DNA of 37,553 nt from a virus. Within the stretch, counting starts at the first letter, position 1; the number at the start of each line of letters is the position of its first letter. Under the pieces are notes generated by a model. That model saw only the letters and a list, made by a program, of their open reading frames with translations, was not told the origin of the DNA and ran no database searches. Location: IMG/VR virus record IMGVR_UViG_3300022401_000010. One strand, written 5' to 3'. Made by a program: the position numbers and the translations under genes. This document shows, one piece after another, positions 9,533 to 21,113 of the stretch.

Positions 9533-10339
9533 TCAAGACAGTTTGGCTTTTAGTTTTTTGTATTTTTTAAAAACATGTTCATAGCCTTTTTTATAGAATG
9601 GGCATGCTTTAATGCATTCAACACAACCTTTAGTGCAGCCAATGCATAAATCTGCAATAAACTCCACATTTTTATTTTTTCTGTTTATGATAAGTGCTTC
9701 TTGTGGGCATGCTTTAACGCAGGAATTACAGTAGTTGCAGTATCTTGAAATCCATTCATGTTTATTACAATTTAATAAAGGCAGGTTTTCAATGTTCACC
9801 AATATTGCAGCTATCTTTTGATTAGGTCCTTTTTTTGGACTTATTAATAATCCGCTTTTTCCAATTGCCCCCATTCCTGCTTTTTGAGCCAAATGAGAGA
9901 AATCAATTGTTTCCTCTCTTGGATGAGCAACCATTGTTTCAAAACCATGGGATCTTAAGTAATCTGAAATTTCATACGTGATGTTTCCAAAACTTTCATA
10001 TAATTCATTATTGAACGCTTGTGCCTTATCTCCAGCTCCTTCATCATGAATACTTTTGCTGATTTCATATGAAATCACAATTGCTGAATCAAAGTCAAAA
10101 TTCAAGCCGTGTAAAAAATAATCATTAATTCCATTCACATAGGCCACTTCGATAATTCCCAATTCCTGAAGATATTTTTCAAACTCATTAAGTAAATCAT
10201 TTGAAATTGTTGATTGAGGATTAGAAGGATTATCTAATTTATGGGTGTCTGGAAATGAAATATCTCCACAGCAGGATTTATTACCTGATTTTACTAATAC
10301 ATCCTGAACTAGTCCGTCAAAATTCCAATTGTCACTCAT
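9533..10339 (-). CDS. Epoxyqueuosine reductase/reductive dehalogenase-like 4Fe-4S protein
   Basis: HLAQKAGMGAIGKSGLLISPKKGP motif plus CNYCNSCVKACP and CIGC..GCVECIKACP; ATG overlaps the upstream TGA. Confidence 0.75.
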   Translation of the reverse strand: MSDNWNFDGLVQDVLVKSGNKSCCGDISFPDTHKLDNPSNPQSTISNDLLNEFEKYLQELGIIEVAYVNGINDYFLHGLNFDFDSAIVISYEISKSIHDEGAGDKAQAFNNELYESFGNITYEISDYLRSHGFETMVAHPREETIDFSHLAQKAGMGAIGKSGLLISPKKGPNQKIAAILVNIENLPLLNCNKHEWISRYCNYCNSCVKACPQEALIINRKNKNVEFIADLCIGCTKGCVECIKACPFYKKGYEHVFKKYKKLKAKLS

Positions 10340-10728
10340 CAGCAACACCCACATGAACAACTTGAGTTAATTTCATAACCAAATTTTTTTAGGAAAATAT
10401 TGAATTTGTAATATCTTAATTCATTTTCATTTACAAAAGATAATATTCTAATTTCATCCTTTTTGGTTAAATTTTTCAAAGTATTAAATGACCAATTTTC
10501 GTTAAGTTTGTCGGCAGATTCTTCTGAGAATTGTAGTGCGATTTGGGCAAAAGGAAAATCAAATTCATCTGCATGTCCACTATGGATTAACATTTTATCT
10601 TCTGATTTTTCAAGGATTATCATTTTATCTGTATCTGGAAGCAGCAGCGCTATTTTTGCTTTATCTTTTAATGCGGAGAATTCGTAATAATTATCATTTA
10701 CAAATGATTTCCATATTTCTAAATCCAT
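10339..10728 (-). CDS. Hypothetical protein with C-terminal CSCGCC metal-binding motif
   Basis: Operon position and Cys-rich tail; ATG 10728 preferred. Confidence 0.6.
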   Translation of the reverse strand: MDLEIWKSFVNDNYYEFSALKDKAKIALLLPDTDKMIILEKSEDKMLIHSGHADEFDFPFAQIALQFSEESADKLNENWSFNTLKNLTKKDEIRILSFVNENELRYYKFNIFLKKFGYEINSSCSCGCC

Positions 10729-10735
10729 TTTAATC

Positions 10736-11110
10736 CTACTCCATTCTTTTGTTAATTTCCTTTTTAATGATTTCAACACATTTTTCTCCCTCATCATCTA
10801 GTCTGAAAGGATCTTTGCTTGAAATGTTATGTGGTTCTAGGATTTCTCCTACTTCTATTGTTTGTTTCACGGTTATTCCTTTGTTTTTTAGAATTTTATT
10901 TACACAATTATTTGAACATCCATTTATTGCTATTATTGGGTATTTTTTTAGCATTGGATTATTTTTACCTTCTATATCTGCAGAAGTTGAACCCATACAG
11001 ATCGATATGATATTTTCGTTTTCTTTTTTACAATCTCCTACTGCAACACGTGATACTAGTCCATTGGGACTCATACCATTGCATGAGGCTAATGCTATTT
11101 TTTCAACCAT
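10736..11110 (-). CDS. DGC-domain putative zinc-binding protein
   Basis: ASCNG, ICMG, IIAINGCSNNCV motifs. Confidence 0.8.
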   Translation of the reverse strand: MVEKIALASCNGMSPNGLVSRVAVGDCKKENENIISICMGSTSADIEGKNNPMLKKYPIIAINGCSNNCVNKILKNKGITVKQTIEVGEILEPHNISSKDPFRLDDEGEKCVEIIKKEINKRME

Positions 11111-11116
11111 ACTTCA

Positions 11117-11467
11117 TCATTCCACTATATTGAATAAGTTTTCCAAGATTTCAATAATATTTTCATCAGCTAACCGGTAATAAATCCATTTTCCTTCTTT
11201 TCTTGTTAAAAGAATATTTTCTTTCTTCATCATGTTTAGATGATGTGAAATTGTGGATTGGGATCTGTCCATGGCTTCCAATATTTCACAGACACATAAT
11301 TCACCGTTTTTTAATAAATATATCATTTTTAATCTTGTAGGATCAGCTAAAGATTTCAATAATGTTGCATTGTTTTCTAGTTTTTTAGGGGAGGGAGTAT
11401 TTTTTAGTAATTCTTCAACTGAACATTCTCTGCAACAGTCCTCCTTGTTTTCAGATACCATATACAT
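11117..11467 (-). CDS. ArsR/SmtB family metal(loid)-responsive repressor
   Basis: LADPTRLKMI, ELCVCE metal site, SQSTISHHL, RKEGKWIYY. Confidence 0.9.
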   Translation of the reverse strand: MYMVSENKEDCCRECSVEELLKNTPSPKKLENNATLLKSLADPTRLKMIYLLKNGELCVCEILEAMDRSQSTISHHLNMMKKENILLTRKEGKWIYYRLADENIIEILENLFNIVE

Positions 11468-11481
11468 AATTATAATTTCGA

Positions 11482-11554
11482 CATATTTAAGAATATCGAT
11501 ATGATATTTGTAATTCCTAATTTATATATCCATATATTTAAATCTATCGATATG
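11482..11554. promoter_or_regulatory. Two candidate ArsR operator boxes
   Basis: CATATTTAAGAATATCGATATG (11482-11503) and CATATATTTAAATCTATCGATATG (11531-11554) directly upstream of arsR. Confidence 0.5.
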
Positions 11555-11835
11555 TTTTTTTCATGATAAGTTATGTAAAATTTTCAATATTTAACGTTAC
11601 ATTAAAACAATAGCTATTTATTTTAGCTTTAATCCGGAGGATTTAATTTCATATTAATGGCCTGATTGTTAGTGTTGTTTTTTCAATACCTAATGTATAT
11701 TTCAGTGCAAGATGGGCACTTTTGAAATCAGAAACATTAATGTTAATATTACTATATTTATTATATAATTTATATAAAAAGGATAATAAAATATTATTTA
11801 TGACATTGATAAAAGAATTGCAGATTAACATTGTA

Positions 11836-12987
11836 ATGAGTAATTACAATCAGAGAAGCAGTAGCTATTCATCCAACTATGATTATTTGTTCTTGGATAA
11901 TTTAATGGATAGTTCTTCTGCTGATTTATTCAGAAGTGATTTGAAAAATCTAAAGATCAAAACATTTGACGGAACAGAATGTAAAATTCTATACCTTCCA
12001 AAATATGGATCTCAACCGGCAGCTATTGTTGTGAGAATTCCAGTTGGAAAAATTTCTGAAACTACAAAGCTGATCCTTGAAGTTCATGACACCACCTTCT
12101 CAAGCACTTTATCAACAGGTGGCGAGGTGTTAATGTTTGATGCAAACTCTGATACATACTCAAACTTTTTCATGGAATACTCAGGATTAAGTATCAACAA
12201 TGACTCAACAGATGGGGGTAAATTTCTACGTGCTAGATTCGTTCCTAACATTGAGGGCACCACTCCAACATCATTATTCTCTAAATTCGCTTCTGGCCAG
12301 CCTTTAACTAATAATCGTGTTACTGTTGCAAGATTCAAAAGAGTTGGTGGTAACTTCAGCGTTAATGATAATGCAACATATCATGAAACAACAGTTGGAA
12401 CATACTCATGGCAATGGGATTATAATCTCACGGCTTATCAGGAAGATTTAAAAATAACATCTTTGATTTGGACACGTGAAGAAAAATCATACTGTATGTT
12501 TGAAGGTTCAAAAACATTAGTACAGGTTAGTTCATTTGATGCATATTCCTCAGGAACTGATGATGAAGGAGATTGGAAACAATATCATATTCATGGCCGT
12601 TTAGGTACAGGAACATCAAAATCATCAGATTATCTTGAAGGATTCAGCAGGAATAATACAACAAAGATTTATCAAAAAAATTATTCAGAAGTTGAAATTT
12701 CACCAGAATGGTATGAAACAACTGATTTTGAAAGTTACAATTATATTGACCTGAAATGGCTATTGATATTTCCATCTCCATTATTTGCAGCTAATGGAAT
12801 TCCAGAAATAACTGTAACAGAAAAACAATCCAAACATGGAATTAGATTATTCAAAGGTGAACATGAATATCCTAAAGCTTATAAAGGCAGTAAGCTATTG
12901 TGGGATGCTAATGATGAAACAATGGATAATACTGGCCTATACTTGCCGGATAAAATAATCAACAAAGATTGGGACTGGGTGTTCTAG
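11836..12987 (+). CDS. Beta-rich hypothetical protein, possibly virion-associated
   Basis: First gene of the fibre-associated cluster; Ser/Thr/aromatic-rich; ATG 11836 preferred over TTG 11722. Confidence 0.5.
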   Translation: MSNYNQRSSSYSSNYDYLFLDNLMDSSSADLFRSDLKNLKIKTFDGTECKILYLPKYGSQPAAIVVRIPVGKISETTKLILEVHDTTFSSTLSTGGEVLMFDANSDTYSNFFMEYSGLSINNDSTDGGKFLRARFVPNIEGTTPTSLFSKFASGQPLTNNRVTVARFKRVGGNFSVNDNATYHETTVGTYSWQWDYNLTAYQEDLKITSLIWTREEKSYCMFEGSKTLVQVSSFDAYSSGTDDEGDWKQYHIHGRLGTGTSKSSDYLEGFSRNNTTKIYQKNYSEVEISPEWYETTDFESYNYIDLKWLLIFPSPLFAANGIPEITVTEKQSKHGIRLFKGEHEYPKAYKGSKLLWDANDETMDNTGLYLPDKIINKDWDWVF

Positions 12988-13758
12988 ATGATTGAAGAAT
13001 ATAGAGAAACTATCGGCCATAATCGTGGCCATCCAACTGGACTTGGCCATGAGGAAAAGATGGATGTTATTGCTTGTTTACTTGATGAGGGCGAAAGGAC
13101 TTACGTTAACGATGAACATACTGCTTGGATTTCATCTAATCAATGTCGAGTCGGTGAAATGGTAACGTTAGCGGAAGAATCAACAATGGAACACACAATA
13201 GTTAAGAAAGCCAAAGAGGGAGACTTAGCATTCGGTTATCTGTTAGGTAAGGTTCAGGTAAGGTCTTCAGGACATACGTTAGTTACTGTGGCTGTGCTTG
13301 GAGATGTTTTCAGATTAAAATTAAAACGGCCAGCCCCTGCAGATATATTGCCGAACACAAGAATCTATATCGATAAGGACGGTGAATGCAATCCAACACA
13401 AGGCCATGATTTAAGACTACTTTCCATCGTCAACTTAACGGAAAATGAAGATGTGGAATACATTAGAGTCTACAGGCAAATGTCTGAAATCGAAATGTAT
13501 CCTGAATCTCAGAACTGTATTGATCTTGCTGACTGTTCCTTCGAGCAGGATGAAATAACTCATGTTGTTAATATGATCGTACCAACAGAGTCCAATATTA
13601 TGGCTCAAGCTAATTATGTTAAAGATAATGATGGCGTTACTTATTGTGAGCTTCCAGATGTAGCTATTGTCAATAATGTCCGTTTTGTGTGGGAAGACAA
13701 TAAGCTTTATATGGAGTGGGAAGGTTGTGATGATGGCGAGCAAGTATATTTTATATAA
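12988..13758 (+). CDS. Divergent capsid decoration-protein paralogue with C-terminal extension
   Basis: CLLDEG and VLGDVFRLKL match FLLDEG and VLGHLFRLKL of 27675. Confidence 0.6.
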   Translation: MIEEYRETIGHNRGHPTGLGHEEKMDVIACLLDEGERTYVNDEHTAWISSNQCRVGEMVTLAEESTMEHTIVKKAKEGDLAFGYLLGKVQVRSSGHTLVTVAVLGDVFRLKLKRPAPADILPNTRIYIDKDGECNPTQGHDLRLLSIVNLTENEDVEYIRVYRQMSEIEMYPESQNCIDLADCSFEQDEITHVVNMIVPTESNIMAQANYVKDNDGVTYCELPDVAIVNNVRFVWEDNKLYMEWEGCDDGEQVYFI

Positions 13759-13811
13759 TCAAAATAATAAAATATATAATAAAACATATAATATTATAGC
13801 GAGGATTTAAC

Positions 13812-14003
13812 ATGACCCTAAGGAAACTTGTCGGAACATTGGAAAATAAAGGACCTTACATTGACCAGGCAACAGGCCATTGGTTCTACTGGAATGGTAC
13901 CAAATATGTTGATAGTGGTTATCCTTATGCAGTTAAGCCCGTTATAGAATTTAAAATCGAAAATGGAATTCTATATTATTCAATTACTTGGGAGGCAAAA
14001 TGA
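13812..14003 (+). CDS. Small fibre-associated protein
   Basis: GPYID..TGHWFYW..YVDSG and FKIENGILY resemble motifs of phage fibre proteins; GAGG upstream. Confidence 0.5.
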   Translation: MTLRKLVGTLENKGPYIDQATGHWFYWNGTKYVDSGYPYAVKPVIEFKIENGILYYSITWEAK

Positions 14004-14173
14004 AGTACATTAAATATTTTGAAACATTCGAAGAATACGAAGATTGGATGAAAAATGAATCAAACGCTGAAGAAGTATTTGAGAGTGAAGAAAAGATTTG
14101 TGTCGATGGCCTAATCTTAAGCCATACAAATAAAAGTTTTGAAGAATCCATCGCCGAAGGTGATGATGAATGA
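14000..14173 (+). CDS. Small acidic hypothetical protein
   Basis: GGAGG then ATG at 14000; ATGA overlaps at both ends. Confidence 0.55.
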   Translation: MKYIKYFETFEEYEDWMKNESNAEEVFESEEKICVDGLILSHTNKSFEESIAEGDDE

Positions 14174-14421
14174 TATATGAATGGTTAGAAGCCAATAGGA
14201 AAGATATTGATATCTTAACATCTTTTTTAGTAACTGTAATTCCAATCATCATGTTATATTCTGAAAGCTTAGGTATTGTTGAAAATACTGTTCCCTACTG
14301 CATACTAATGATTATTTTAGGTGTAGCCAGTCACTATGCAAGTAGGATACGAGGCGATGGAGATGTTGAATACGCTAAGAAAAAAGCTAAGAAAGTTTTG
14401 GGATGTCCTCAAGAAGAATAA
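14170..14421 (+). CDS. Holin-like two-TM membrane protein
   Basis: Two hydrophobic segments and a basic C-terminus (KKKAKK). Confidence 0.5.
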   Translation: MIYEWLEANRKDIDILTSFLVTVIPIIMLYSESLGIVENTVPYCILMIILGVASHYASRIRGDGDVEYAKKKAKKVLGCPQEE

Positions 14422-14445
14422 ACTTCTCTGGAGAATATTATTAAG

Positions 14446-14709
14446 TTGATTTCTATGAAAGATTTAAAAAAGAAAATCATCATTTGTAACTTTACCAAAA
14501 CAATCTCAAGTGCAGTTTTAACCGCTGTAGCTATCAACATCATAATGGCTAATGCAACCAAGTATGCTTTAATGGAAGGACTATTGCCATTTGCTTTGGC
14601 TATTGTTATTGTACTCTTAATTGATTTATATCAATATAGATGTGAAAAAGAAGATAGGATTAATCTAAACGATTTGGAAAATAGAATCCAAAAACTGGAG
14701 AACGAATAA
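14446..14709 (+). CDS. Two-TM membrane protein with coiled-coil tail (holin/antiholin-like)
   Basis: Two hydrophobic segments then LNDLENRIQKLE. Confidence 0.45.
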   Translation: MISMKDLKKKIIICNFTKTISSAVLTAVAINIIMANATKYALMEGLLPFALAIVIVLLIDLYQYRCEKEDRINLNDLENRIQKLENE

Positions 14710-14710
14710 G

Positions 14711-15310
14711 ATGGACAAGAAGATATTAATTGCAGTTCCAACCTTTGAAAACATAAAACCACAATGCTTCAAAAGCATATATGGTTTAACAAGGCCTGAA
14801 GGCTATAGTCTGTACTTTGATTATGTTTCAGGCTATGATTGCGCTAAGGCAAGAAATCAAATAGCTAAAAACTCAATGGCTGGAAACTATGACTACGTGT
14901 TAATGGTTGACTCAGACATACAACTTCCACCTGACACTTTAATCAGATTGCTTGAATGTGAATCAGACATTGCTCTTGGCTGGTACTACAGGAAAAGAAC
15001 AAAATCAGATCAAACAATAATCTTCACATTCGGCAAGGACTTCAACGATGACAATTGCATACGTGGCCATACAATGATCCACGAGGTTCCAAGACCAATT
15101 GAAGTTAAAGGCGGTGGCCTTGGAATAGCGTTAATCAAGGTTAATATCTTTTCCAAACTCACATACCCGTATTTTAAATTCGTAACCTATCCGAATGACA
15201 CAGTCTTATCTGAAGATTTATATTTCTGCAATCTGGCTAGTGAAAATGGTTTTAATATTAAATGCAATCCTTCTGTTAAAGGAAATCATATATTTGAAAT
15301 ATTAATGTGA
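14711..15310 (+). CDS. GT-A fold (family 2-like) glycosyltransferase
   Basis: ILIAVPT, LMVDSD (DxD), GGGLG, SEDLYFC motifs. Confidence 0.85.
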   Translation: MDKKILIAVPTFENIKPQCFKSIYGLTRPEGYSLYFDYVSGYDCAKARNQIAKNSMAGNYDYVLMVDSDIQLPPDTLIRLLECESDIALGWYYRKRTKSDQTIIFTFGKDFNDDNCIRGHTMIHEVPRPIEVKGGGLGIALIKVNIFSKLTYPYFKFVTYPNDTVLSEDLYFCNLASENGFNIKCNPSVKGNHIFEILM

Positions 15311-15314
15311 TATT

Positions 15315-15947
15315 ATGGCGGATACAATTGTTTTATTGGAGGAACGCAAGGAGATTACCACATTCATATTGGATGACGGCACTAAAACCCTAGTCGATAA
15401 TGTAGTCACCCCAACAGGTAGTACTCTTGGCTATGAATACTCCAATAAATGTATGGTTGATGATATACTTTGTATTTCAGACAAATCTGCAATAGGAAAG
15501 GAATGTTTAAAGAAATACAGTGGAGATGCAACGGAAGTTCCCGTTGGCGTCCTTGTCAATGAACCGGTAGTAATGACGGCCGGTGAGAGAAAAGGAAGTG
15601 TACTTCTTTTAGGCGGACTTTACCGTTTAAAACTGGCTTCAGGCATTGTTAATATTAAAGCAGGAGACAGAATCAAATTGTCACCAACTGGAGCTATTGT
15701 TGATAATGCAGGTGAGTTTCTAGCTTTTCATCCTGTTGCAAATTCGGATGAATATAACTATATCAATTGTTTCCAAGTAAGTCTTGGAGGTAAAGGAGAG
15801 AAAGGAGACACCGGAGATACAGGTGCTGCGACTGTTATCCTCGGGTCTTATGATACTTTCGAAGAACTAATTGCAGCACATCCAACAGCTAATGAAGGAG
15901 ATGCCTTCCTAGTTGATGGAGAACTATTCGTTTGGCATAACGATTAA
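15315..15947 (+). CDS. Decoration-protein paralogue fused to a short collagen segment and a C-terminal partial knuckle domain
   Basis: Residues 1-155 clearly similar to 27675; then [13 protein letters not shown]; ends GSYDTFEELIAAHPTANEGDAFLVDGELFVWHND. Confidence 0.85.
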   Translation: MADTIVLLEERKEITTFILDDGTKTLVDNVVTPTGSTLGYEYSNKCMVDDILCISDKSAIGKECLKKYSGDATEVPVGVLVNEPVVMTAGERKGSVLLLGGLYRLKLASGIVNIKAGDRIKLSPTGAIVDNAGEFLAFHPVANSDEYNYINCFQVSLGGKGEKGDTGDTGAATVILGSYDTFEELIAAHPTANEGDAFLVDGELFVWHND

Positions 15948-15977
15948 TTTAAACTAAATAAATAGAGGTGTTTATAT

Positions 15978-16850
<873 letters not shown>

Positions 16851-16872
16851 AACTAATTCCATTAAATCCCTG

Positions 16873-16911
16873 AAGGAAGTACTGAGCTAAAACGGTACTT
16901 CCTTTTTTTTT
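16873..16911 (+). terminator. Hairpin plus T-run within the fibre operon
   Basis: AAGGAAGTAC...GTACTTCCTT 10-bp stem followed by a T tract. Confidence 0.7.
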
Positions 16912-16934
16912 AAAAGATTTTCAAAGGTGATAAC

Positions 16935-17267
16935 ATGTCATGGGTAAATGTAGGAAACATAAAAGGAGAAACAGGTGCAGACGGCACAAGTGTTAATGTA
17001 TATAAGGATACAGCACACGGTCAAATAATTTTTGTTGGTGATGATACAGAAGCGACAATTTATCTCAGTGAAATCAAAGGAGCTAAAGGTGATACCGGAG
17101 CAACTGGTCCTGCCGGTCCTGTTAATATGACTTCAACATTAGACACAACAGATACAACAAATGCAGTAACAAACAGTGCAATAGCTACAGCTATTGAAGA
17201 TGTTACTGACCAAATAGGAACAATAACATCAGCACAAACCGCAAACTTAAACTTATTAGGGAGCTGA
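16935..17267 (+). CDS. Short fibre adaptor with N-terminal WVNVGNIKG strand and C-terminal helical segment
   Basis: Short Gly-X-Y runs; C-terminal AIATAIEDVTDQIGTITSAQ; GGTGA RBS. Confidence 0.75.
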   Translation: MSWVNVGNIKGETGADGTSVNVYKDTAHGQIIFVGDDTEATIYLSEIKGAKGDTGATGPAGPVNMTSTLDTTDTTNAVTNSAIATAIEDVTDQIGTITSAQTANLNLLGS

Positions 17268-18019
17268 TGTTAATGTCAATAGCCAGTACGGTATTAACCG
17301 TTAATGAGAGATTGGCATTAGCTAGAACATTAATGAAAGAAAAATTAACCGCTAACGGAAAAAGTTTCTTAGATGATGATAATCTCAATGATCTTATTGA
17401 AAGATGGAGATGTTTATATTTTGACAGATGCAGCATAAACAACATTTCAGACTGGACAGTTAATGGGAGCTTATCTATAACTTATGATTCAACAAATAAG
17501 TGTTATAATCTCTTAACAACTTCAAATGAAAAATTTGGATATGCTACTGTTGATAGTGAATATTTTAAACTTCCAGTAGCTATTGAATATGATTTCATGT
17601 TAATGCAGGGAGCAAATGGTAGAAATAATCAATTAAGATTAGGTTTATATAATCCCTGGAGTGAGTACTCATCATCAACTCCATGCTTTGCAGTCATAGG
17701 TAATGTTGCAAAATATTCATCCAGCGCTACAGAAATAAGAAGTGGAGATATTAGAACTACTACTTCAGATTCATTAGAAGTTATTGTTAATAATTCCAAA
17801 GCATATTCAACTGGCGTATGGTATCATGCAGTTTTAACAATATCAAGCACAACTACAACATTTGTAATAACTCGTGACGGAAACACGTTTGTTTCATTAT
17901 CAGCAACAACTCCAACAGGTCTCGATACCAATTATAACGATAATCAGTTATGTTTAAGCAAATGTTACAATTCTTCAACAAATATTAAAATAAAAAATAT
18001 TAAAGTTTATGGGGTGTGA
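17267..18019 (+). CDS. Putative receptor-binding tip protein 1 (helical N-terminus, lectin-like beta domain)
   Basis: N-terminal ~45 aa shared with 18016 and 19169; beta-rich C-terminus. Confidence 0.55.
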   Translation: MLMSIASTVLTVNERLALARTLMKEKLTANGKSFLDDDNLNDLIERWRCLYFDRCSINNISDWTVNGSLSITYDSTNKCYNLLTTSNEKFGYATVDSEYFKLPVAIEYDFMLMQGANGRNNQLRLGLYNPWSEYSSSTPCFAVIGNVAKYSSSATEIRSGDIRTTTSDSLEVIVNNSKAYSTGVWYHAVLTISSTTTTFVITRDGNTFVSLSATTPTGLDTNYNDNQLCLSKCYNSSTNIKIKNIKVYGV

Positions 18020-19155
18020 AAATGTCTTATACTCAACCAGATTTATCTCAAATACTTCAAAATGAATCAACCCTTAATAATAATCTAACAACCGCTCAAA
18101 CAAGGTTAAGAAGTATATTAGACAAGGAAGAAATCGGATATACTTCAGGAGATGGTGTAATACCATTGATTAGGAAGTTACCTATCCCAGAATTGGCAAG
18201 TATAAACATATACTTTGAAAACATGTTCACAACAGGTGCGAATGTTAATGTTGAAATAACAACAAGAGACACCAACGGAGATTTAATGCCTAATGCAAAC
18301 GTGGATATGTATAGGCTTGACACTACCGCTTGGGGCCAGCCTGTAATAAATTCATTAGGAACAATAACAACTGGATCAAATGGTAAAGCTACATTAAGTG
18401 TTTCACCTCCATCAGAAAAAGGATTTTTCTATATTCAAGGAAGAAACAACAATATTGTTGGCGGCCAATATGGCGTATATTGCACTACAGCTGTTAATGT
18501 TGACGACTTAAACTACAGCAATCTGAATAGCGGATTATTCAGTGCTAACGGTAGAGGTTCAAGTTCTGGATTCAGTATAATGGAAGCTGAACCTGATGGC
18601 AATTATATGGACATATATTTGGAAGCACACAGTGGTTATTCTGGAAATTATTTCGGATTGTCATTGCCAGATTTAGGAACATATGCAACAAGCGAACTTG
18701 AAGGACATAAATTCTACGCGTTAATGTCAGATATAACTGGAACAACAGGACGATGGATGGGATTTGGAATATGTGCTAATATTGATGACTGGTCTAATTT
18801 AAGAATCGGTGCCGGTGCAAAATATAATTATGGAAATGGTAGCGGTGCCAATGGATACAGACAAGTTATGGAAAATATATCTCCATATGGAAATTCAAAC
18901 GATTCAGATGATTTAGAACCTGCTGGCATTAAATTATATCAAGTTAATTGTGATGGGTCATTCAGTCCACGTGTTTGGGATGTGTACTCAGGTGACCCTA
19001 CAGTAGAATATCCGGATTATTTTGTAAGTCACGGAACTTGGAATGTTACAATGCTTGATTTCAAAACTGGAACATATGAACCTTCAATAATATTCAATTT
19101 CCCAGATAGATATTCTTATAGGGGATTCAGAATATACGGAGCAGGAGTTATTTAA
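18016..19155 (+). CDS. Putative receptor-binding tip protein 2 (helical N-terminus, Ig-like then beta domain)
   Basis: Shared N-terminus; Ig-like VTTRDTNG..TTGSNGKATL segment. Confidence 0.55.
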   Translation: MKMSYTQPDLSQILQNESTLNNNLTTAQTRLRSILDKEEIGYTSGDGVIPLIRKLPIPELASINIYFENMFTTGANVNVEITTRDTNGDLMPNANVDMYRLDTTAWGQPVINSLGTITTGSNGKATLSVSPPSEKGFFYIQGRNNNIVGGQYGVYCTTAVNVDDLNYSNLNSGLFSANGRGSSSGFSIMEAEPDGNYMDIYLEAHSGYSGNYFGLSLPDLGTYATSELEGHKFYALMSDITGTTGRWMGFGICANIDDWSNLRIGAGAKYNYGNGSGANGYRQVMENISPYGNSNDSDDLEPAGIKLYQVNCDGSFSPRVWDVYSGDPTVEYPDYFVSHGTWNVTMLDFKTGTYEPSIIFNFPDRYSYRGFRIYGAGVI

Positions 19156-19168
19156 ACAATGTGATAAT

Positions 19169-19792
19169 ATGACTATTGCAAGCAATGTAATTGAAATCAA
19201 TACCAGATTAGGAACCGCAATATCATTAATGAGAAGTAAAATGGATGGTAACGGCTTTCCTTACTATTCCTTTGATGATCTTATTACATTAATTAATAAA
19301 TTCGAAAGAGGATGGAAAGAATATTGGTTTGATTATTGTGATACATCTGATGATCCTAGTTTAAGATATAGTTGGAGTTCTGGAACATTAACCTATGGTA
19401 CGTATGATTATTATGATGTATTATTACCATCCAGCGGCAGCATAGTTACACTGAAAGATAAACTTCCAAATCATTTCAAGTTCTCATGCACTTACTATCC
19501 AACAGACAGATGGGAATGGTTAAGATTCTATTTGAACGGAACTGAAGTCGCAAGGTATTCAGCAAGTTATGATGCCGGCAGTGGCAGTACAGCTAGACTA
19601 ACAAATTTAGGATATAACAAATGGGTAGATATTGAATTTGAATGGGATAATGGATTATTAACTATAAGAAGCGGAAGTAACTCTGGAACCTCTTCAGCTT
19701 ATAGTTTTCAGGAACCTATTCAAATGGGATTTATGGCCAATAGGGCCAATAACAGATTTAGAGATATTGACATGGAAATATTTGATGATTAA
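19169..19792 (+). CDS. Putative receptor-binding tip protein 3 (helical N-terminus, lectin-like beta domain)
   Basis: MTIASNV..INTRL..LMRSKM..NG...DDL..LI closely parallels 17267. Confidence 0.55.
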   Translation: MTIASNVIEINTRLGTAISLMRSKMDGNGFPYYSFDDLITLINKFERGWKEYWFDYCDTSDDPSLRYSWSSGTLTYGTYDYYDVLLPSSGSIVTLKDKLPNHFKFSCTYYPTDRWEWLRFYLNGTEVARYSASYDAGSGSTARLTNLGYNKWVDIEFEWDNGLLTIRSGSNSGTSSAYSFQEPIQMGFMANRANNRFRDIDMEIFDD

Positions 19793-19809
19793 AAAGATAA
19801 TGTGAGAAT

Positions 19810-21075
<1,266 letters not shown>

Positions 21076-21084
<9 letters not shown>

Positions 21085-21105
21085 TATAATAGAAGTTAAT
21101 ATAAT
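21076..21105 (+). repeat. Perfect 15-bp tandem duplication
   Basis: AGAAGTTAATATAAT twice (21076-21090, 21091-21105). Confidence 0.9.
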
Positions 21106-21113
21106 ATTAAGGG

